A DNA stretch of 43,157 nt. Source: Escherichia phage vB_EcoS_MM01. Of this stretch, positions 8,911 through 15,972 are shown piece by piece. Where the stretch lies: sequence record MK373793.1; one strand, given 5' to 3'. The position numbers and the translations under genes were made by a program. How positions within the stretch are numbered: position 1 is the stretch's first letter; every line of letters begins with the position of its first letter. The notes beneath the pieces were generated by a model. The model made no database searches. It was not told the origin of the DNA and saw only the letters and a program-made list of their open reading frames with translations.

Positions 8911-9471
8911 ATGTTATTCGAAAAAGAAGTAGAAGTTGCGAACCTTGGTTATAATTCTGGTAATTCCCTTATTGATCAGGTTAATGAAGAATTATCAAAT
9001 CTTGTTGATTCAGGTTATAAATTTACATACAACTTCAGAAATGAATTGGATATTTCCTATTGGGAGATTGGTAATCAAAAGACAGGTCTAGTTGAATTAT
9101 CTGGTTTGGCAGTTAGGCATTTAGGGCTTTCAAAGAACGGTTTTAATGAGTTATCAGAGATTAAGATTTTCTCTTTTGAGTATGGCGTTGATTACTCTAC
9201 TGATGATGATATTGCTCGCATTACTGATGAAATTTTCGACAAAAAAGGGTACGTGCCATTATCTAGCAAGCTATTCAGTGCTACCATAGTTGATGAGTCA
9301 AACAAAACAAAACGCTCAGTATTGGAAGGTGGAAAGTATGTAACATACTATTCACCATCATACAAAAGAATTTTTATGTTGATAGCTGGGAAGCCAAAAA
9401 CAAAAGAACTAGAAACCAAAAAATCTGGATGGGCTTTGGTTAAGTATGAAGAAGTAGAAGCGCCAGAGTAA
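8911..9471 (+). CDS. orphan moron protein (186 aa), AT-rich
   Basis: ORF track; strong RBS; visibly lower GC than flanking head genes; bracketed by two terminators. Confidence 0.55.
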   Translation: MLFEKEVEVANLGYNSGNSLIDQVNEELSNLVDSGYKFTYNFRNELDISYWEIGNQKTGLVELSGLAVRHLGLSKNGFNELSEIKIFSFEYGVDYSTDDDIARITDEIFDKKGYVPLSSKLFSATIVDESNKTKRSVLEGGKYVTYYSPSYKRIFMLIAGKPKTKELETKKSGWALVKYEEVEAPE

Positions 9472-9476
9472 AATCA

Positions 9477-9499
9477 AACCTCCTTCGGGAGGTTTTTTA
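9477..9499 (+). terminator. rho-independent terminator
   Basis: acctcc-ttcg-ggaggt hairpin plus T6. Confidence 0.65.
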
Positions 9500-9554
9500 T
9501 TGCTAATTATCTGATACAATCATTAGGACTATTAAACAATATGGAGTAAATGAA

Positions 9555-11096
9555 ATGGCTTTAGAATTTAGGCAAATCCTTGCTGGTAACACAGCATCAC
9601 TTAGCCGTAAGGTGCTAGAGGCAATTGCGGAAGGTTGGCAGCCATTTGATAGAGTCCTGACCGGTACTGGATCTAATACCATTGGCATGGTTGTAGCCAA
9701 GGGAACCAATGCAGACATTACCGATTTCATGGTTCTTACTGCCACCAGTCGTCAAAAGCTAATTGATAGAGTAAACGATATCACTCACGAAGGTTGGGAG
9801 GTGTTTGGCGAACCGTCATCTGAGTCAAATCAGTTTGCAGTTGCGTTAACTAAAGGATTTCAGGGTACATCCGGTAGAGATGGAATGGCTGGCCCACAAG
9901 GTCCGCAAGGTCCGCGCGGAGAGGTTGGCCCAGAAGGTCCGCAGGGTCCAAAAGGTGACGATGGTACGCCTGGTGAAAAGGGTGAGCGTGGCGCTGTAGG
10001 TCCGCAAGGACCAATTGGCCCACAGGGCATTCAAGGTCCGCAAGGAATTCAAGGTCCAGCTGGCTTAAAGGGTGATAAGGGCGATAGGGGTGATGTTGGA
10101 CCGCAAGGGACGCAAGGATTAAAAGGTGATACTGGCGAGAAAGGAGACCCTGGCGAAGTCGGGCCTGCTGGTTTAACATTCCGTGGGCAATGGGTTCCTA
10201 GCACTGGTTATACAAAAGATGACACTGTAGTTTACGGCGGCTCAACCTACTTCGCAGTTAGCAACATTGCAGAAGATGAGGAACCTGGAGTATCACCTCT
10301 GTGGGTTGTTCTTGCCGCTCAGGGTACGAAAGGTGATAAGGGTGATAAGGGTGACCCTGGTGATATCGGTCCTCAAGGTGAAAAAGGAGAAACAGGACAG
10401 CAGGGCCCAAGAGGGGTTCAGGGGCAACAAGGTATTCAAGGTTTACCAGGCGAACAGGGGCCAAAAGGTGATCAAGGATTGCAAGGAATTACTGGACCAG
10501 CCGGTCCTCAAGGACCAAAAGGTGACACTGGACCTCAGGGTATTCAAGGTCCACAAGGGATTAGAGGGGTTGCTGGAGCGGTAGGACCACAAGGACCACA
10601 GGGAGAGAGGGGCGAAAAGGGCGATAAAGGAGAAAAAGGCGAAACTGGCGCAACCGGCCCACAGGGTCCAGCAGGTCAAAATAATACAAACAATCCAGTT
10701 TATACAACTCAACTTACCGTATCGACAAGCTACTCAGCTATAGCTATACCAAACAACCCTGGCATCTCTTTTTCAGTCAGAAGGGTTGGGAATAACATTG
10801 AGTACTCTTTTGTAGGCAACTCAATTGCAGGAAGGTATTTTGATGTTGAGGTTGTAAACTTTCCATCTGCTGACGTAGTTAAGAGATATCAGTCAAACCA
10901 CACAATTGCAGGAACTAGCAGGTATGTTGTAGGTGATCCTGCTGGTTATACTGGTGGTGGATATAAAAGAATTCAATTCTCAGCTAGAGATTGGGGAGAT
11001 AAAAACATTATAATGATTGATGTTTTTCACCTTCAGCGCCCAGCTGATACTAGTTTTAACATCGCAATTAGGATTGAGACATTCAAGCTGCCATAA
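9555..11096 (+). CDS. collagen-like repeat protein (putative head or tail fibre)
   Basis: 513 aa; two long Gly-X-Y blocks (approx. aa 107-196 and 248-360) flanking a globular insert, plus non-collagenous N- and C-terminal domains. Confidence 0.8.
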   Translation: MALEFRQILAGNTASLSRKVLEAIAEGWQPFDRVLTGTGSNTIGMVVAKGTNADITDFMVLTATSRQKLIDRVNDITHEGWEVFGEPSSESNQFAVALTKGFQGTSGRDGMAGPQGPQGPRGEVGPEGPQGPKGDDGTPGEKGERGAVGPQGPIGPQGIQGPQGIQGPAGLKGDKGDRGDVGPQGTQGLKGDTGEKGDPGEVGPAGLTFRGQWVPSTGYTKDDTVVYGGSTYFAVSNIAEDEEPGVSPLWVVLAAQGTKGDKGDKGDPGDIGPQGEKGETGQQGPRGVQGQQGIQGLPGEQGPKGDQGLQGITGPAGPQGPKGDTGPQGIQGPQGIRGVAGAVGPQGPQGERGEKGDKGEKGETGATGPQGPAGQNNTNNPVYTTQLTVSTSYSAIAIPNNPGISFSVRRVGNNIEYSFVGNSIAGRYFDVEVVNFPSADVVKRYQSNHTIAGTSRYVVGDPAGYTGGGYKRIQFSARDWGDKNIIMIDVFHLQRPADTSFNIAIRIETFKLP

Positions 11097-11174
11097 CATT
11101 AACGCCCGCCATTGCGCGGGCTTAAAACTCGTGTATAATGAACTCGTAAACTTGTTAACTAAAAGGATGATAAA

Positions 11175-12122
11175 ATGGCTATTAAGTTAGACGCCGAACA
11201 GGCTAAAATCACGGCTCACCTCGAGCAAATGGGCGTCGAAAAGGCTGATGCGGCTGGTATTTGGACCGTCAAGCAGCTTACCGAAACCCTCAAGCGTAAC
11301 TACGAGAAAGAATACCCGGATAACTCCGTTGTTAATATCTTCCCTGTAAGTAACGAAATCCCAAGTCACGCAAAATACTTTGAATACCCGGAATTCGATG
11401 GCGTAGGTATCGCTCAGATTATCGCTGATTACTCTGATGACCTGCCGCTGGTTGATGCTTTCATGACTGAGAAGCAAGGCAAAGTTTTCCGCTTCGGTAA
11501 CGCCTTCCTGGTGTCCGTTGATGAAATCAAAGCTGGTGCTGCAACTGGTCAGCCTCTGCAATCCCGCAAACAGGCTCTGGCATTTGAGGCTCACGACAAC
11601 CTGTTGGATAAACTTGTTTGGCAAGGTTCTACGCCTCATGGCATTACCAGCGTATTCAACGCGCCTAACGTAAACCAGATTACTGCTAATGCTAGTGGCT
11701 GGACTGATGCCAAGAACGCGGTTGATGACATTACCTCAATGATTGATGCTGTTGAAATCGCTACCCAGGGCATTCACCATGTAACTGACATCATTCTTCC
11801 GGCATCCGCTCGTCGAGTAATGCAGGGTCTGGTTGCTGGGACTACCATTAGTTACGGTGAACTGTTTACTCGTAACAACCCTGGCCTTACCATTCGTTAC
11901 CTTCAGTTCCTGGATAACTACGATGGCTCAGGCGGTAAGGCGGCTCTGGCATTTGAGAAAGATCCTTTGAACCTCAGCATTGAGATTCCGGAAGCGACCA
12001 ATGTACTCCCTGGTCAACCGAAGGATTTGCACTTCAAGTACCCAGTCACCTCTAAGTCTACTGGTCTGGTTATCTACCGACCGCTGACTGTATCTGTACT
12101 GAAAGGCATTACCTACCCTTAA
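11175..12122 (+). CDS. major capsid protein (putative)
   Basis: 315-aa ORF following scaffold in the head module; strong RBS; followed by strong terminator. Confidence 0.6.
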   Translation: MAIKLDAEQAKITAHLEQMGVEKADAAGIWTVKQLTETLKRNYEKEYPDNSVVNIFPVSNEIPSHAKYFEYPEFDGVGIAQIIADYSDDLPLVDAFMTEKQGKVFRFGNAFLVSVDEIKAGAATGQPLQSRKQALAFEAHDNLLDKLVWQGSTPHGITSVFNAPNVNQITANASGWTDAKNAVDDITSMIDAVEIATQGIHHVTDIILPASARRVMQGLVAGTTISYGELFTRNNPGLTIRYLQFLDNYDGSGGKAALAFEKDPLNLSIEIPEATNVLPGQPKDLHFKYPVTSKSTGLVIYRPLTVSVLKGITYP

Positions 12123-12128
12123 TAAATC

Positions 12129-12150
12129 GCCCTCTTCGGAGGGCTTTTTT
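12129..12150 (+). terminator. rho-independent terminator
   Basis: gccctc-ttcg-gagggc hairpin plus T6. Confidence 0.65.
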
Positions 12151-12214
12151 ACGCCTGTACGAAACCAAAACGATAGGTTATAATCACCACTAACAGATAA
12201 CAAAGGAGATTAAA

Positions 12215-12460
12215 ATGATTCGTTTAGAACACACGGGCGCTTGCTTTATCATGATTGATGGTAAGGGTTATGTTCCAGGTGATTTTATTGAAACTGAAGT
12301 TCTTAGCGCTGGCATCAAGCAGCTTATCGCCGAAGGTCGACTAGCAATTGCTGATGACCCTAAAGAATCTAAAAAGATTGCTGAAGAGATTGCTAGCAAA
12401 CGTAAGCGCAAAGAACCAAAAACCATCTCCGAAGCCGAGACTGGTAACGAGTACAAATAG
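12215..12460 (+). CDS. hypothetical protein (81 aa)
   Basis: ORF track; AGGAG RBS. Confidence 0.45.
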   Translation: MIRLEHTGACFIMIDGKGYVPGDFIETEVLSAGIKQLIAEGRLAIADDPKESKKIAEEIASKRKRKEPKTISEAETGNEYK

Positions 12461-12467
12461 TAAACAT

Positions 12468-12489
12468 GGGCGCTTCGGCGTCCTTTTTT
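12468..12489 (+). terminator. rho-independent terminator
   Basis: gggcgc-ttcg-gcgtcc hairpin plus T6. Confidence 0.55.
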
Positions 12490-12503
12490 GTATGGGGTAA
12501 ATT

Positions 12504-12905
12504 ATGAATGAACAAGTTATCGCCTTTATGCGCTCGCTGGTTCCGGCATTATCTGCCGTCCCTGATGAGACAATTGATGTGTGGGTCGATTTGGCACGCC
12601 TCTATGTATGTGAGAGTAAGTTTGGTATTGACTCAGATCGCGCTGTGGGCCTTTATGCGCTTCACTTAATGCTTTCTGATGGTGCTTTCAAGGCTTCTGG
12701 TGAGTCACTTGATTCTTATGGTAAGAGAATGGCTAGCTACTCTTTATCTGGGGAGTTTTCTATTAGTTACGACACCCAATCAGCAGCATCTGGCGACTTA
12801 TCATCTTCTCAATTCGGTAGAATGTATAAAGCGTTACTGCGGAAGAAAGGTGGTGGATTTGGGCTTATTACTTCCGCTGGTGGCGGTGGGTGTGGTTGCC
12901 GATGA
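12504..12905 (+). CDS. head-tail connector / adaptor (putative)
   Basis: 133 aa; first of four translationally coupled small genes between capsid and major tail genes. Confidence 0.4.
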   Translation: MNEQVIAFMRSLVPALSAVPDETIDVWVDLARLYVCESKFGIDSDRAVGLYALHLMLSDGAFKASGESLDSYGKRMASYSLSGEFSISYDTQSAASGDLSSSQFGRMYKALLRKKGGGFGLITSAGGGGCGCR

Positions 12906-13273
12906 ACTACGCAGATATTGAAGCAATTAACCGAGCTGGCGTTAACTTCTTCAGTGATGCTGGCGGTGTTTACACCATTACTACTGGTGCTGGTTATGTG
13001 GAGGTAATCAACGGCATAGAGGTCGATGTTCCTGCGCAAACTTTCCAACTAAAGGGTCTTGTGCGTGAGATTAAGAACCGTGATATTGACGGTGATTTCA
13101 TCCAATTTGGTGACAAGCGTGGAATCTTTACGGCAGAAGTGGAGATCAAACAAGGTTATCAAATTACTGTTGATGGTGAGGTTTTTGTTGTAGTAGACCC
13201 AAGGCCAGTAAAGCCAACCACTACGCTTGTTGGGTATCGTCCAATTCTCCGCAGGGTGGCAACTTATGGCTAA
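12902..13273 (+). CDS. head-tail joining protein (putative)
   Basis: ATG at 12902 overlapping upstream stop (track start 12890 is GTG); position. Confidence 0.4.
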   Translation: MNYADIEAINRAGVNFFSDAGGVYTITTGAGYVEVINGIEVDVPAQTFQLKGLVREIKNRDIDGDFIQFGDKRGIFTAEVEIKQGYQITVDGEVFVVVDPRPVKPTTTLVGYRPILRRVATYG

Positions 13274-13703
13274 AGAAATTGGAAACGTAGTAACTTTCGA
13301 GAAATCTATTGCTGACTGGATTGATAGAGCAGATGATAAGTTTTCTGATGTTGTGTCTGGTACGGTAATTAGGGCAACTAACGCTATTGTTGACCTTTCT
13401 CCTGTTGATACTGGCAGGTTCAAGGCTAACTGGCAGGTAACTGCCAACGCTCCAGCAGCGCAATCACTAAATGATTACGACCAGCTAGGAGGGGAAACCA
13501 AATCGGCACTTGCAAGGCAAGCTAGAGCGGTAGCAAGAAGCAAGGCAACTAAAGTGATCTACATTACCAACAGGCTTGATTATGCTGCTGAGCTTGAGTA
13601 TGGCGCATCAAATCAGGCGCCTTCTGGTGTTTTGGGTGTTGTTCGGGCAAGACTTGGAAGATACTTTGAAGAGTCAGTTGCTGAAGCAAGGAGTAAAAGC
13701 TAA
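13266..13703 (+). CDS. neck / tail-completion protein (putative)
   Basis: ATG at 13266 (internal to track ORF 13227) coupled to upstream stop; position. Confidence 0.45.
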   Translation: MAKEIGNVVTFEKSIADWIDRADDKFSDVVSGTVIRATNAIVDLSPVDTGRFKANWQVTANAPAAQSLNDYDQLGGETKSALARQARAVARSKATKVIYITNRLDYAAELEYGASNQAPSGVLGVVRARLGRYFEESVAEARSKS

Positions 13704-14104
13704 TGCAATATGAATTATCTTTAGCGGCAAGAAAGTTTGTTAACGATATTTTAGTTAATAATATCCCTTTCAGGTATCCAGTTGCATGGGAGAATGTTAA
13801 ATTCACTCCCCCATCCGAAGGCTCAATGTGGATTAAGTATGACTACACTGAGGTTGACTCTGTAACTTACGGACTAAGCAGAAAATGCAAGTATTACGTA
13901 GGAATGGTTCAGTTATCAATCTTCTTCTCACCAGGTACTGGAGTAAACAAGGCTCGGCAACTAGCTAATCAATTGGCAGAATCTATCATTGATGGTACAA
14001 TGCTTGAAATTGGATATGTTTATGAGGGTGGGGTTGTTAACCCGGTAATCAAATCTCAATCAGGCTGGTTCATCCCAGTTAGGTTTTATGTTCGTCTAGA
14101 CTAA
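13703..14104 (+). CDS. tail terminator-like protein (putative)
   Basis: 133 aa directly upstream of major tail protein gene. Confidence 0.4.
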   Translation: MQYELSLAARKFVNDILVNNIPFRYPVAWENVKFTPPSEGSMWIKYDYTEVDSVTYGLSRKCKYYVGMVQLSIFFSPGTGVNKARQLANQLAESIIDGTMLEIGYVYEGGVVNPVIKSQSGWFIPVRFYVRLD

Positions 14105-14113
14105 ATTAACTTA

Positions 14114-14788
14114 TTGAATTGGAGGTGTATTATTGCTCATTTATCAAATGGCACGCAGGTCTTCGTAGAAGGCTCTCGCGGAGCTGTAATTGACGTAACT
14201 GCAATTTCTAACGCAGTTACCCCTGTTTTAACTGTATCTGATGCGTCCGGCCTGGTTGTTGGTGACTATCTTCTGTTTACCGCTTCAGCTTCCACGCTAC
14301 TTGCTGACAAGCAAGTTCGAGTAACGGCAATCACTGGCACTTCAGTAACTGTTGAAGGTATTGATACCTCTAGTACTACAAAGTTCCCAGCTGGTTTAAC
14401 TGGTGAAGTTGTCAAGATTACTTCCTGGTTCGAAGTTCCTTGCGTTCAGGATGTATCTACTGATGGTGGCGAACAGCAATTCGTTAACTTCCAGTGTCTT
14501 TCTGACGACCGTGAACAGCAGATTCCTACTTATAAGTCTGCGGTAACGAATACCTTCACCTTTGCTCATGAGTACACTAACCCGGTTTATCCGGTTCTGC
14601 GTAACTACGATGAGTCAGGTCAGGTTGTTGCGATTCGTCTGTTCGTCCCTCGCGCACAGGAAATGCGTTTACAGTCCGGCACTATCGCTTTCAACGACAC
14701 GCCAACCATTGGCGTTAACGAAATCGAAACCGTATCAATTGCTGTATCCATTCGTGGTCGACTGTCCTCGGTTGCTGCTGAAGTCTAA
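14114..14788 (+). CDS. major tail protein
   Basis: 224 aa before chaperone and tape-measure genes; start uncertain (track TTG 14114; GGAGGTG RBS at 14121-14127 suggests in-frame ATT at 14129/14132). Confidence 0.6.
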   Translation: MNWRCIIAHLSNGTQVFVEGSRGAVIDVTAISNAVTPVLTVSDASGLVVGDYLLFTASASTLLADKQVRVTAITGTSVTVEGIDTSSTTKFPAGLTGEVVKITSWFEVPCVQDVSTDGGEQQFVNFQCLSDDREQQIPTYKSAVTNTFTFAHEYTNPVYPVLRNYDESGQVVAIRLFVPRAQEMRLQSGTIAFNDTPTIGVNEIETVSIAVSIRGRLSSVAAEV

Positions 14789-14792
14789 AAAC

Positions 14793-14816
14793 AAACCCTC
14801 TTCGGAGGGTTTTTTA
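14793..14816 (+). terminator. rho-independent terminator
   Basis: ccctc-ttcg-gaggg hairpin plus T6. Confidence 0.65.
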
Positions 14817-14819
14817 TTG

Positions 14820-14839
14820 CATAGCACTTTTTGCTAAAG
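14820..14839 (+). repeat. junction motif A copy (catagcactttttgctaaag)
   Basis: motif A followed by motif B atcgaaacga at 14871-14880 and ATG 14898. Confidence 0.6.
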
Positions 14840-14897
14840 CATAAATCAAAACATACTGTATAGTTACTTCATCGAAACGAAATAAAGGAATTAAGAA

Positions 14898-15284
14898 ATG
14901 AAAGTAATCATCGCAATTATGGCAACCCTGTTACTTGCTGGTTGCAACACAGACAAGGTTAAGACACTTAATGTTGATCTGACCTCAAATGAATGCAAGA
15001 ACATCGTATACAGCGCGACTGTTAACAATGAATCATTTACTCGGCTTTCATTCAAGCACCCGGAACTTAAAGAAGCTGTTATGTATGTGTCCCACATTGA
15101 GTGCACGAAATCTGTTAACAATTTTACACGTGGTGTTGTAATTGAACGCACTACAACATTGGCAAAGGTATCAAAGCCTAGTGACGCCTCAATTGAGATG
15201 GTTTATACTAAGCTATACAATTTAGAAGGTTTCGCTAAGGAAGTTGGCGAGAAGCTGGCTTACTCACGCGTTGTTATAAAATAA
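14898..15284 (+). CDS. lipoprotein (moron in tail module)
   Basis: N-terminal signal peptide with lipobox LLAGC; AT-rich; own motif A/B unit upstream. Confidence 0.7.
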   Translation: MKVIIAIMATLLLAGCNTDKVKTLNVDLTSNECKNIVYSATVNNESFTRLSFKHPELKEAVMYVSHIECTKSVNNFTRGVVIERTTTLAKVSKPSDASIEMVYTKLYNLEGFAKEVGEKLAYSRVVIK

Positions 15285-15302
15285 AACAGAGGATAAAACG
15301 AG

Positions 15303-15617
15303 ATGGCAAAGTTCAAACTTTCACTGGCAGCACTCCCTGACTTCAAGCTACCAGTAAAATTTAAGCTGGCTAACGACCAGGAAGTAGAAGTTATCTTTAC
15401 TGTCAAGCACAAGAAGACTTCTGAGCTTCAGGAGCTTTTACAGAAAGAAGAATTAAGCACTAAAGAACTAATCACGGCAATCGCATCTGATTGGGACCTT
15501 GAGGAAGAATTTAACGAAGATAACGTAAACGAGTTCGCAGACCTATTCCCTGCCTCAACGGTTGCGCTGACTACCGCTTATATGCAGGCGCTTGCTGGTC
15601 AGCGAGTAAAAAACTAA
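15303..15617 (+). CDS. tail assembly chaperone (lambda gpG-like)
   Basis: 104-aa ORF immediately upstream of tape measure gene; ends in slippery heptamer. Confidence 0.6.
   Translation: MAKFKLSLAALPDFKLPVKFKLANDQEVEVIFTVKHKKTSELQELLQKEELSTKELITAIASDWDLEEEFNEDNVNEFADLFPASTVALTTAYMQALAGQRVKN
15608..15614 (+). promoter_or_regulatory. -1 programmed ribosomal frameshift slippery site A_AAA_AAC
   Basis: heptamer AAAAAAC spans the last two sense codons of the G-like ORF; the -1 frame is open from 15614 into ORF 15626..15937. Confidence 0.55.
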
Positions 15618-15625
15618 AACGAGCG

Positions 15626-15937
15626 GTGTATCTACAGTACCAGTCAGAGCCAACTGATGCCGAACTGGAAGCTATTGGGATGCGCCGCTCTGATTACGAA
15701 GACGAAGAGCCTGAAGTTTTAAACTTCGACGAAAACATGATGAAAGCGTGGGACATTTATTGTTCAATGGCTACGCAGTGGAGAGTTGGAGCTAACGGAG
15801 CTACAGGGCTTGATTACAACGTGCTAAATTTCCTCTTTAGAGTGTATAATGTTTCTGAAGAAGAATTGGTGCTCAGCGATTTACGCATCCTTGAAGCTAA
15901 GGCTCTTGAGATGATGGATAACCTGAGAAAAAAATAA
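15626..15937 (+). CDS. frameshift extension of tail chaperone (gpT-like part of G-T fusion)
   Basis: -1 frame ORF contiguous with slippery site; conserved G/GT architecture upstream of tape measure. Confidence 0.55.
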   Translation: MYLQYQSEPTDAELEAIGMRRSDYEDEEPEVLNFDENMMKAWDIYCSMATQWRVGANGATGLDYNVLNFLFRVYNVSEEELVLSDLRILEAKALEMMDNLRKK

Positions 15938-15957
15938 CCCGCTTCGGCGGGTTTTCT
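15937..15957 (+). terminator. rho-independent terminator (leaky)
   Basis: cccgc-ttcg-gcggg hairpin plus TTTTCT. Confidence 0.5.
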
Positions 15958-15972
15958 ATTATGGAGGCTTAG

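Noticed and set aside
9880-10680. Highly periodic repeats that could suggest a CRISPR array or satellite
   Set aside because: The period is 9 nt (Gly-X-Y codons) inside a long ORF with no repeat-spacer structure; it is coding collagen-like sequence.
11102-11126. Hairpin after the collagen-like gene as an intrinsic terminator
   Set aside because: The GC stem is present but is followed by TTAAAA, not a U-run.
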